From: Octopus vulgaris
Lineage: Eukaryota
Assembly: GCA_951406725.2 (NCBI GenBank)
Contig: OX597820.1
Coordinates: 61,814,001 to 61,878,000, forward strand
Length of the DNA: 64,000 bases
Reading direction: 5' to 3'
Of the stretch, positions 50,481 to 64,000 are shown one piece after another. Every line of letters starts with the position of its first letter. Position 1 is the stretch's first letter. The position numbers and the translations under genes are program-made. The notes under the pieces are model-generated. The model had not been told where the DNA came from and ran no database searches. It worked only from the letters and a program-made list of their open reading frames with translations.

Positions 50481-51529
50481 ATGATGGAACTTTTATGTCT
50501 TTGGTACCAATTAACACTCTTTATTTGGAAATGCTAATAAATAAAAACACGTCCATAAAGTCAAAGACAACTATTACATAACACAGAAATAACAAAGTAA
50601 ATCGAATACGGCATAAGCTTAAAGTGACTACGTCAACGTTTCGGAGATTGGCCAGTCTTCAAAAAGAAGACCTAACATTAATTTTCTCCGATTGATTTAT
50701 AAATTAAGGGTATGTATGCATGAACATATACGACGGGCCGTCATCACATTTCATACAAATGATAATGGTCAGGCCGAGACTAATTTAGAAAACAGTGGTT
50801 CAAAGAATCGCACAGTAAAACCGAACTTGGAAATACATGGTTCTAGAATGAAATTCTCAACCACGTAACAATGCCTGCGTTCAATACAATTTAAACTTTA
50901 AACCTGTTCATGGGAACAACAAAACAAGATGATCACAACTGCAGGGTATTTAATCATAGATTGCTCAGTCAGAGTTTGACCTGTATTTAAACAAAACCTG
51001 CAATAACAAAAGAACAATAACAGCAAACACAACAAAAAATTGTGCCCTTGTGCCAATGCTAGAAAACTATTATTAGTTTATGTATTTGCTCTGTATATAT
51101 ATTTATTCACACGCATACGCTCACACATGAACGTGTGTGCATGTGTATGCACGTTTGTGTTTGTGCGTGTGTATGTGCGTCTGTGCGTCTGTGTGTGTAT
51201 GTCTGTGTGTGCTTGGACGGCATAATTGACATTGTGTTTGCTGGAATTGATTTAAAGTTAAGCCATAAAATCTTGATTCTATTTTAACAAGCAATAAATA
51301 AACACAACGGGAATTAATTTAGAAATATCGATAAAATATTTAATTGAACGGTTTCTAATATGAGATTAATGATTTCATTATTAAGACAAAAAGCAAAGCA
51401 AAATGAAAAAACAAAACAAAAACCAACAAATATCATAAAAACTCCGAAATGAACGGTTATGATACATGGCAACATTTTCGTTTTGTTTATCCGCTGTCAA
51501 AGGTGATAATCTATCTGTCTGTCTGCCTG

Positions 51530-51609
<80 letters not shown>

Positions 51610-51753
51610 CCTATTTATCTGCCTGTCTGTCTGTATGCATGAGTGTATACATCTGAATAATTATATATACATATACAAATACATGCATATATATGTATAT
51701 ATATATGCATTTACATGTATATATGTGTATATCTTTCCATGGGAGAATGTAAA

Positions 51754-51808
<55 letters not shown>

Positions 51809-52299
51809 GTAAGTAAATTCCTCTATGTACATAGTATCGAGGTATTCTTCTTTTGTTGTCTTACCGTTTTTATCAATATATATATATATATATATATACA
51901 TATATATGTATACATACACATATAATTACATAATGCATATATATGTGTGTGTGTGTATACTTTACATAATTACGTTTATATATACACGTATAAACATACT
52001 CATATACAGAAATATATAGACGTGAACATATATCGCAACACACACTCACACACATATGCGTGTGAGTGAGTTTACATGAGTTCGCGCGCGCGTATGTGCA
52101 TATGTAGATCTTCATACACACTCGTACAACTATATGAATTCATGTACCAATAACCCGATGCACATTCGAACGTAGATATACGCACACGAAAATATGATAA
52201 TCTATACAAATGGTGTAAGAAGACGATTACATAATGAATTACTCAATACAAAAAGTGATAAATCTTTTTCAGTTGAATACAGGCTTTACGTATATATAC

Positions 52300-52345
<46 letters not shown>

Positions 52346-52349
52346 GTAC

Positions 52350-53565
<1,216 letters not shown>

Positions 53566-53584
53566 GTGAGTAATGAGATATATA

Positions 53585-53735
53585 AGACGGTGAGCTGGCA
53601 GAATCGTTAACACCCCAGCAAAATGCTTAGCGGCATTTTGTCCATCTTTTCGCTCTGAGTTCAAATTCCACTGGGATAGATGTAATCGACTTACCCCCGA
53701 GTTTGCTGACCTTGTGACAAAATTTGAAACCAATA
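53585..53735 (+). mobile_element. Internally deleted family C SINE
   Basis: GACGGTGAGCTGGCAGAATCGTTAAC..GAGTTCAAATTCC..CCTTGTGACAAAATTTGAAACC. Confidence 0.75.
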
Positions 53736-55215
53736 TTATGTCGCATATATACTGAAGTGTAGGTCAGACAATTTAGCTAGAAATTATGCAGAAGTTACAT
53801 TTGAAGCTTACATTTTTGTTTTCTTATTTGAAATGCGGACATGAAAAGAAATGAAAGTGTTATATAAAACATTCTGTAACAGAAAATGAAACAAAATAGA
53901 TACTACATGATGAGATTTTAGAAAACACCCAATTTTTTTTTTATATAGAAAAACACATTTAAGCCTGTATATTCTTTGAATAAATAAACCGTATTAAATA
54001 TAGGAAAAAATATAATCTAGTCTAGCTAGTGTTCTAGAATTCAATGCCGAAAAGCTGAACTTAGAAAAAAAAATCCAATATATACTAGATAATGGGAGAT
54101 AATGAAAACAAACAACCGGCCATACAACTTAGGATAAATCAAATTAATCCTAAAAAAGAAAAAAGTACAAACAGTTACTTAATTTGTTTTACGGTATATC
54201 ATAAATACATCATATATATCAAATAATTACAGATCGAAACAGATGTCATTATGCATCGAAATATATTCGCTCTACGTGACATTAGTTAATCAGTTAGATA
54301 TACAAACGTCAGTTCAAAACAATTTAATTTTCCATCAATCAAGTCACACTAGAATAACCTATACATTACAATCTCAGTATATAAGAAACAGATAATTAAT
54401 TACTGTTAAATACCAATTAATACTGACAATAACAAACCTTATTTAATAAAGCTACGAATCAACTTCGTTAGAAAATTTCTCGCTGTCTTTCCATATTATT
54501 ATGTTAACTTGTCGTTGGTACTTTTATTGTTTTCATTATTCCATAGTAAATAGTGAGTGCATTGTTAGTGCACTAAATTGATTTGATTTCCGAGGTAAAA
54601 ACGGCAAATAAGTCCTAATAATAGTATTCTTAGAACATCAAAATAAATTCATCATTAATCTATCTTTAATTATTTGTATATGTAACTCACATTCCACACA
54701 AACTTTTCTGATAAATATTTTATATTACCGAAAAATAATAGTTAATGATTTATATTCAAATACCATTAGTTATTATTAATTTCATTCAACTGAAGAAGTA
54801 AACTACTAATCAGTAAGTAAATAGTAAGTTTTATGAATAGAACAAATACGCATTCTTTTAGAAAAAATACGACGTGATTAAGAGCGTTGTAGTTCGCTTG
54901 AAGCATTGCAGTACAGAAGTAGAAAACGAAAGCAAATGGAAATAAAGAGAGCTTCAAATTTCAGGCGCAAAGCATATCTTCTATTCCTTTATTTTCTACT
55001 ACGTGATTACTTGGCTAGTTGTTTAGCTGACGGCACAAATATCTATTATGATTTAGAATAGATCATACTGGATAAGGAAAAAATCTTACACCAGAAATAA
55101 AGCTATACTATATCTGTATTGTTATAGTAATGGACATTGTATTTCCAAAAGATTCGCTACTTTATAAGAATACAGGGAAAATTGTTTCATGAAAGAATAG
55201 AATATATAATATATG

Positions 55216-55277
<62 letters not shown>

Positions 55278-55457
55278 ATATATATATTGTCATCCACTCC
55301 TGGATCCTGGTAGTAAATACTCTTTTATTTCTATTGAATATTACATGTTTCAATTTGTAATTAATCGTGTATATTATAAAAAGAAGTTCTGTTTTAGCGT
55401 TCTAACGATATGAACTTACACCTACATAGGTGATTTCACGGTTTATTTTATTTGGTA

Positions 55458-56003
55458 CTAGCTTAAAAGCCGTACCCTGTGCAAACTTTTAAACTAGCTC
55501 CTGCGGGGGATAATTGAGCTTGCAGCTCAAAATTAAAGAGAGCTAAATAGCATGACTATAACACGTGGATAAAGATTATATGCCCCAGTGGTGTTTAATC
55601 AGCGGTTAAGGACAGTTGAGAATTGATTCTGTAATGCAATCATTCTATTGTTCCAGTCCTAAGTTGAATCTCAGCTGTTGGCCAATTTGTCCCAAAGTTC
55701 TTATCTCGATGTAAAATGTTATTTATCTATTTATGTAAAATGTTATTGATCTCTGACGTCATATGACAAACGCCAACCAGGATGGGTTCAATCAACCAAG
55801 CTTTGCCTGCTAGAAATAGAAACCCGAATACTTCTAAATCAGATCCCAATACTGGATGTTCAAGAACAAAAATGAAGGGCAGGTTTTCAATCCCGGGATC
55901 ATCCAGATTCCAGAATGGTATAACATGTCTATGTAGAACAAATGTAGACTGAGACACAAGGATGTCGGACGGACAGACAGAATTTTGTGTTTATTATTAT
56001 AGA
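55458..56003 (-). mobile_element. Possible non-autonomous Helitron-like element
   Basis: Minus strand begins TCTATAATAATAA..(CTGT)(CCGT) and ends in a degenerate GC-rich segment followed by CTAG|T. Confidence 0.35.
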
Positions 56004-57359
56004 CAATAGAACACCTGTAGAATCTTCATCAGTAGCATATATTAGGTATTTCGCTACCATTGTGGAAGCGAAGTCACAACTTACATCTTGTTACACAAAG
56101 GTATACTGCTTTGATTAGATTTAAAATTGGTTGTCAGTTGTATTTCGCGATACAGATTTGAGCCTGTATCTAGATACATTATTTCTTTATAGGAGATATT
56201 AACTTATTCACTCGTGAGATGGAGTCATTCAAAACTGGGCTGTTCCAATATTATAAAAGAAAGATATCGTATTGCATTTTCTTTTCTATAGATATTTTTT
56301 ATATACCGCTGCATATTGATGTAAAGTCGTTCAAGTTTACAATATAGATCTTAATGTAGCATTACCTTTTCCTGTTGGTCTTTGTTGTAAAAATATATGG
56401 TAGTACTTTTTTTATAGCACCCCAACGAACACATATGAACATTTCCATTCCGTATATTGATGGCATTTAAACGAACTCTATATATTTGCAATTTATATCT
56501 TTAGCAATGTATGCTTTGAAAATTTTTTTCTGCACTTGCAAATATTCCGTTGCAGCGTAACATGTGTCAGTTTTATAGAACACGTGACCAACTGTATGTA
56601 TCTCCTATGAACTATTAGTGTATAACTTGTGTGTAATTTATATGAACCATTTTTATATAGCACAGAACCTGATGTCTGTATTTCATATGAACCATTTTCC
56701 ATATAATTCGTGAACTGTGTATATTGCTTTGAACTGCTCTGTTTATATTGGAATTATAGTTTTTATATAGCCTTCAGCTATTGTTTAATGTTACATTCAA
56801 TAACATTAATCGTACTGTATAGACCTAGCGGGCTATAAATTACAGGTGGTGAAAATGTAGAAACAGACATTTCAGCATATAGATAGAATGGAATTACACT
56901 AGTTGTCTTCTCTGTGCAATCAAAATGTTTTATTCTCTACGCATTAAAATACCTCCTCCACCCAATAACTACGTCACATGAACTATAATTGAACCGGATA
57001 TACCTTACACGCCCATAACAATTTGAACTTTTTATTGTATTTCTTCTATATATTATTCCGCATGCTTTTATTTTGTTCATATTTTTGCCTGTCAGTATAT
57101 ATGTGTCTACACCATATAACCATTATTACTATATTTTATATTACTACAGGTTATTAAAATATAGTTAAGACTAGAACATTTGAATTTAGATGTGAAATAG
57201 TGCTTGCTGTTATGTTATGTTTATTTTCATTCTGTAATGGATGAAAGTTTTATATTGGATTTTATAAGATGTTTATTTCTATGAGAATGTATCAATTAGC
57301 TATAATTTTCTGTATTAATAATTTCTAAAAATTACGTGAACAGTGAGCTGTATTTAATA

Positions 57360-57572
57360 ATGGTTTCAAAATTTGGCACGAGGTCAGTGATTTCGGTGAA
57401 GGAGGTAAGTCGATTAGAGCGATCCCAGTGCGAAACTGGCACTTATTTTATTGACCCCGAAAGGATGAAAGATAAAGTCGACCTCGGCGGAATTTCAACT
57501 CAGAACGTAGCAGCAGACGAAATGCCGCTAAGCATTTGGCCCGGCGTGCGAACGACTCTGCCAGCTCGCCGC
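57360..57572 (-). mobile_element. Family C SINE monomer
   Basis: Reverse complement of GCGGCGAGCTGGCAGAGTCG..GAGTTGAAATTCCGCCGAGGTCGAC. Confidence 0.85.
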
Positions 57573-58539
57573 TTAAGCTGTGTTTAATAATAATTAAACT
57601 AATGGCTAAGTGAGCATATTTACTAATATGATTTTCTGGATGTAATACTAACAACTGGCAGCTGATTTCTCGATCGAGTCAAGGAAAGTAGACTACATTA
57701 TTTCGGTTGCAGTAGGCGGTTTTGAACTCTGAACAGAGACTACAAAGTATTTCCTCCGTTTCTCTAATAATTTCACTAATCCACAATCTTGGGGAAGTAC
57801 TTTATTTATCGATCCCAAAATGCTGAAAGAGGATCACTGTAGGGAGCTGGAATAAATACCACGCACCATTCTAAGTGATGTTCAAACGACTCTGCATCTT
57901 CACCTCATTTTTATATAATTACATATAATTGCAAATAATAAAGTACTGATAAATTTATTTTGATTCTATATTATAAATAATATTTATAGAATATTTATTT
58001 ACTAATTAATACTTTACTTCCAAAGCTGAATTCTTGTAATAACAAGAAGTATTTTTTTAATATTACAAATCTATTAGATTCTATAAGAATATCAAATAGT
58101 TTAATAAATTTCATTTAGATTGTATTAAAAAATCGTATTTATTTACCAAGGTATTTTAGCTAGTAAATTAAATCAATTTCATGTATTAATAATGCACACA
58201 CTAATTATTATGCAACATTTTCTTGCAAGAGATTCAATAATGAAAACTGTCTATCGACTCTATGTTGACAAAGTAATATAGAAAGACAGCGAGAAATGTT
58301 GTAATGGAGTTTGATTTACAGTATTATTAAAGTATGTTTTGTTATTTTCAGAAATAATCGGCATTTAAGTTTTTAATTACCTATTTCTTGTACATTGAGG
58401 TTGTAATGTGTACGGGTGTACTTTAAATTGATGTAATCAATGTAAATTGAATTATTTGCGGTCGACATTTGTATGTCATTTAGAGCAAATATATTTTTGT
58501 GTATTTGTGTATAATCATTTCTCTTTTAATCTATAATTG

Positions 58540-58597
<58 letters not shown>

Positions 58598-59202
58598 AAT
58601 CTATTTTTTGATATATCATTTTTTTCCTTTATTGTTTTACTTAGGACTGATCCGATTTATCTTTAATTAAATTGTACGGCCGGATGTTTGTTTTCCGATA
58701 TCTCTAATTGAATAACTATCTAGAAATATATTGAATATTTTCAGTTATTGAATATTAAATATTCTTGATTATTTCTATATCCGTTTATTTAACACAGTTT
58801 ATTTATTCAACGTACGTGCATACATCTGGTTGTAAACAAAGACATACAGTATATAGTTGCAGAAATAATTTTCGAACTAATCTCACTTCATATAGCATTT
58901 ATATTGTTTAATTTTCTGCTAATGTGCGTCTTAGTTACACTCATAGATTGCGTTTCACAGACAAATTTGAAATGAAGGTTTCTGTCCAAACTGTCTGCTA
59001 AATTTCCTTACAACACGTTTAATTCCTAAATGATATAATGATTGCCTGACAAGGATTACCCAAAATTTAGTTTTGATTGGAACTCTATATTAGTGTTTAT
59101 ATTCTGGAAGACTTATTTTTCTTGCTGGAATTAAATAAGACAACAAAAATAAATGATAATAATTATACATCTACGCTACGTTTTCTTAGCGAATTATTGT
59201 CA

Positions 59203-59968
59203 AGGCGGCGAGCTGGCAGAAATGCTAGCACGCCGGGCGAAATGCGTAGCCGTATTTCGTCTGCCGTTACGTTCTGAGTTCAAATTCCGCCGAGGTCGAC
59301 TTTGCTTTTCATCCTTTCGGGGTCGATTAAGTAAGTACCAGTTACGCACTGGGGTCGATATAATCGACTTAATCCGTTTGTCTGTCCTTGTTTGTTCCCT
59401 CTGTATGTAGCCCCTTGTGGTCAGTAAAGAAATAGGTATTTCGTCTGCCGCTACGTTCTGAGTTCAAATTTCGCCGAGGTCGACTTTGGCTTTCATCCTT
59501 TCGGGGTCGATTAAATAAGTACCAGTTACGCACTGGGGTCGATATAATCGACTTAATCCGTTTGTCTGTCCTTGTTTGTTCCCTCTGTATGTAGCCCCTT
59601 GTGGTCAGTAAAGAAATAGGTATTTCGTCTGCCGCTACGTTCTGAGTTCAAATTTCGCCGAGGTCGACTTTGGCTTTCATCCTTTCGGGGTCGATTAAAT
59701 AAGTACCAGTTACGCACTGGGGTCGATGTAATCGACTTAATCCGTTTGTCTGTCCTTGTTTGTTCCCTCTATGTTTATCCCCTTGTGGATAGTAAAGAAA
59801 TAGGTATTTCGTCTGCCGTTACGTTCTAAGTTCAAATTCCGCCGAGGTCGACTTTGTCATTCATCCTTTCGGGGTCGATAAATTAAGTACCAGTTACGCA
59901 CTGGGGTCGATGTAATCGACTGGCCTATCCCTAAAAATTTCGGGCCTTGTGCCTGGAATAGAAAAAAT
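59203..59968 (+). mobile_element. Family C SINE concatemer: one head plus four units at a 184-bp period
   Basis: TATTTCGTCTGCC at 59253, 59437, 59621 and 59805. The last unit ends in a different tail. Confidence 0.9.
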
Positions 59969-60730
59969 ATTTTAATATTCTCTTATGACCTATTGAAGAA
60001 TTTGAAACCCAAGAATCAAGTGAAGAAACCATATTGCAACACAAGTAAATACACACACACATACACCCCCCCCACACACACACATGAAGGAAATATAGAT
60101 GCTATTTCTGGGAAGTAAAGCAATAACGTAGACACAGATTGTTGACAAGTTATAGCTGTTTTAGCTCCAGGTCAACTATGATCAGACCTAATTAAAACCA
60201 GTTAACCTACGCCGCTAACTCTCTCTGTAATAGCCAGGAGCGTTGTAACTTCTCATTTCCTCTAACCATTAAATACATTGGTCTTGTCAGTTAAAGGATA
60301 TCAATATTATATGATCCAACGATGGGGAGAAATAGCAACCAAATATCACTCAAGCAGCATAAGATCATCTTAAAATACTTATTGTTTTATGTAGTTTCAG
60401 CTACACTATGTGTAAATGGTAAGGTCACGACTGGGATACTTTTGGTCATAAGTTTGTAACTGAGGAAATTCATGAGCGTAAGTTTGTGTGATCGGGTCTA
60501 ATCGGAGCTAAATATCAAAACCACAACCACCAATACGATGGCATCGCATATAACGACCAAAAGAGCGATCAAAATTATGCTTTCTAACTTTAGGACTAGT
60601 TCATACGTTAAAAAATGAGTAGAATTACATTAGTGTTAGTCATAATATTCAGTGTTGACGTAGACGAATGTTCCTAAAACCTGCTTCGCAGTGACAGCAA
60701 GTTTTGACCGGATATGTTTAGGAAAACGTA

Positions 60731-60962
60731 AGGCGGCAATCTGACAGAAACGTTAGCGCAACGGGCGAAATGCTTAGCGGTATTTCGTCTGTCGTTACGT
60801 TCTGAGTTCAAATTCCGCCGAGGTCGACTTTGCCTTTCATCCTTTCAGGGTCGATTAAATAAAGTACCTGTTTCGCACTGGGGTCGATCTAATCGACTTA
60901 ATCCGTTTGTCTGTCCTTGTTTGTCCCCTCTGTGTGTAGCCCCTTGTGGGCAGTAAAGAAAT
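60731..60962 (+). mobile_element. Family C SINE monomer ending GTAAAGAAATA
   Basis: Same unit as the concatemers, present once. Confidence 0.88.
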
Positions 60963-62759
60963 ATATGTAGAGAAAAACGTGTTTGTTCTTTTTAACTTAA
61001 ACGAACTTCGAAACACTTAGATATTCACACCATTAACGGGAATAGAAGAAAAGTATGTCTTTAAACATTAAGAATGTTTTACATTATTGAAATGTCTAAG
61101 AAATTTGAAATTTAATCGTTGCAAGATGTTTGCTTCAGAAGTAACAGAATACGGTGGTAACGCTAAATTGTTTATGAGATACATACATAGTAAAAAACAC
61201 AAAAGTATTGAAAGTACAGTGGAACTGAAGGAAAAGAAAACACATTTGTTAGCGCTGTGGAAAAAAATGGGGCGACTTGATTTGAACCAGTACAAAGCAA
61301 AATTAGAGAGTTCGTAAGGTGTATCCAACGAAACTATCCAGGAAGAGCAAGAGGTAGATGAATTAGATTCTAATGGATGTACTGCAGAACCTACGCCCCA
61401 TTGTATGGGGTAAATGAATATATGAAGCAATTGCTAGTTTTTAAAGCCAAAGACGGGACATGGTGGCGAATAAAGTTGGTGTTCCACATTCTTTCTCGAT
61501 AGACTGTTACTACAGTGCATAGGATTCAGAATTATTAAGATAATGTTAACTAGAAATATTAGTAAGCTTCGACCTTTGTCACTTTTACGGAACATGACGG
61601 GCATGTGATAAAAGAAGTGATTCAGAATAGTATATGGACGAGTGGGGTCTCAGTGGACATGAAAATTTTATGATCCTGAATACCCCAAGACCATGGTGAT
61701 GCTGTACTACATTCGGGGGAAAAAGAGGAGCTCACTCGTGGTTGTGGTTCGGTTCTAAAAGCCCAGTTGCTGGATGTGTGGTAGTAAGAACTACTTAAGA
61801 AAAAGACATTTGTTAAATGGAAGCGAATGCAAAACCAACACCAATAATCAAAAGAGGTGAGCTACTTCGTTGCTGCTGCCGCTGATTCTGGAGTACCTTA
61901 CACCTCAACTCTAGTAACTTTTAGTGCCAAAATAAAGAAACCCGCCCAGAATCCGATGTTGATCAAGAAACTGAGTAGCAGTGTGCCCACTGCTGTTTCT
62001 TAATGCTACTAATTATGCTACATTATGTTTTAGATTGTCCTAAAGTGTTCATTCAATTATTCCCATAAAGTGTTTTACAGAGCCATATCGCAAGCTCACC
62101 AAAAGTTTTAATCTTGCTCTCGCTAAGGGTATCTGTCTCAGTCAATAGAAACACGCCGAAATGTGTTCCGACTCCAAGAAAAAGATTTCTATGCCAATAT
62201 GCTGAGAATAGACTTTAAATCGTCAATCACCACATTACAATATACATTCACTATGAATACACGTCGAAGTGAAATCGAGGAAGGGAAGCTAAGAGAATTT
62301 TAAAAAATTCGTTATCTCTATACTGAATCGATTTCGGGATTAATCCCACGGATTTTTCCTTCTTCAGTAGGTAATACGATAAGAAATAAATGAAAAACTT
62401 ACAAGCACCCATGAGAAAAAGCGGAAGCAAGAGTCATGTGTACACATAAGTACCCCAGCTATATCTAAATGTAAAATCCTTTAGCAGGCCTCAGCACACG
62501 TGCGACTGGTCACGAACCACAACTTTGAGTGGTTACCAGTCCCGAAGTGAATGGTAATAAATTTACTTCTAATATTAGAAGCATATATATATATATATAT
62601 ATATATAACCGAAGTTATTCTTGTTGCTTATTTTTGATTATAATCACCCCATGGATTTATATGGATAACACCATACAAAATTCTAGTGCATCTAACTTAA
62701 GTACCATATTCATTTGAATCTAAATTTTGCTGAACTTATATATATATATATATATTGTT

Positions 62760-63058
62760 GTTTGTTCCTTCTCGAGCCATGCCTGGCTCTTAGGGCCGGT
62801 TTCCCGGTTTCCTTGGCGTATAGGTTCCCCACCTGGACGGGACGCCGGTCCGTCGCAGGTGAGCTGCAAGTTGCAGGAGGAAAGAGTGAGAGAAAGTTGT
62901 GGCGAAAGAGTCAGCAGAAGTTCGCCATTACCTTCTGCCGGAACCGTGTGGAGCTTAGGTGGTTCGCTGATAAACACACACATCGCCCGGTCTGAGATTC
63001 GAACCCGCGATCTCTCGACCGCGAGTCCGCTGCTCTAACAACTAGGCCATATGCCTCC
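62760..63058 (-). mobile_element. SINE family A
   Basis: Reverse complement of GGAGGCATATGGCCTAGTTGTTAGAGCAGCGGACTCGCGG..GGTTCGAATCTC. Confidence 0.85.
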
Positions 63059-63279
63059 ACACACACACGCACACACACACACACACACACACATATATGC
63101 ACAATCGTACAACCAATAATAATCGGAAACCTCTATACGTTTATATATAAAAGTATGTACCCATACATTTCCATACGTATGTTAGCATATTTACGTGTAA
63201 TAGCTCTGTAAGTATGTTTGAATACATGTATGTATAATGTGTGTGTATATGCTGAATTTCGCAATCTCTAATTAAAGCC

Positions 63280-63362
63280 GGGTACGAAGTCGACCTCGGC
63301 AGAATTCGAACTCATTGCTAAGCATTTTGTCCGGCGTACTAACGATTGTACCAGCTCGCCAT
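63280..63362 (-). mobile_element. Short family C SINE fragment
   Basis: Reverse complement of GGCGAGCTGGTACAATCGTTAG..GAGTTCGAATTCTGCCGAGGTCGAC. Confidence 0.7.
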
Positions 63363-63481
63363 CTTAAATTGATATAATAGAATAATACTTGTATTGAGTG
63401 CTTTCGCCTTCTTTCTTTGACAAGGTAGAATATTCGTTCATAATGTATATATATATATATATATATATTGATATATATACA

Positions 63482-63519
<38 letters not shown>

Positions 63520-64000
63520 CGCACAAACACAGAATGTCACACACAAACTCGCGCAAGCATACATACTCACACACATACACATTTCCAAAAGTGACACACG
63601 TATTCAAACATACCTGTACACACATACACAACCAGCGTATAATCGCAACGATTAATCTTGTCTCGCGCTGAGTCAAGATAAGAATATATTTAAATATCGA
63701 AAACTATTTTGGCGCAGGGGCAAAAATATAGTCATTGTATTTGGGGGTGGAAAGGTACCGATAGAAGAGGTAAGCTATCCGAAGTGGTGTCTCTGTAATG
63801 TGTGTGCGGGTGGCGGAGTCGTAATAACGTTATTTACTTTATTTTTTTTTATTAGATACTTTTAAAGTAGATATTTGTTCGCTTTGTCTTAGTGATTTTT
63901 GTATGTTTTTTGCTTTAGGTGGGCGCAGTCTTTTAGTGGCTGATTATTGTTTTAAAACACTACTATTATTATTATTATTATTGTTCTTCTTCTTCTTCTT

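Noticed and set aside
53750-58500. Long, mostly unique AT-rich region as a host gene or UTR
   Set aside because: No ORF, splice pattern or RNA-gene motif can be supported from sequence alone.
59253-59920. Regular repeats as a CRISPR-like array
   Set aside because: Whole units are repeated with no unique spacers; this is eukaryotic SINE sequence.

Overview
Repeat-dominated, AT-rich animal genomic DNA. The SINE families and extreme microsatellite load suggest an octopod cephalopod (Octopus-like; inference). I can support no host protein-coding exon, and most ORF-track entries are translations of (TA)n/(CA)n/(TATC)n microsatellites. Supported content: (1) a near full-length CR1-group LINE (~28.13-32.78 kb). 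Its ORF2 is an open APE-endonuclease + RT frame, and its unusual ORF1 has a Myb/SANT-like N-terminus, polyQ and two CCCH fingers; the two ORFs overlap at a UUU-UAG +1 'shifty stop'. Most of it recurs after a 100-N gap (probable false duplication). (2) Penelope-like (GIY-YIG) elements and many fold-back repeats carrying minimal hammerhead-ribozyme (HHR) motifs, including a tRNA-headed, HHR-bearing element with a Penelope-style inverted partial duplicate (21.6-22.0 kb). (3) Putative Tx1/L1-type 3' tails sitting in microsatellites, one fused to a near-perfect tRNA-Ala(TGC). (4) At least three tRNA-derived SINE families, one forming exact 184-bp concatemers at two separate loci. (5) Decayed Tc1/mariner, R4/NeSL-type, RTE and Helitron-like remnants, a MITE cluster and an interstitial telomere-like tract.
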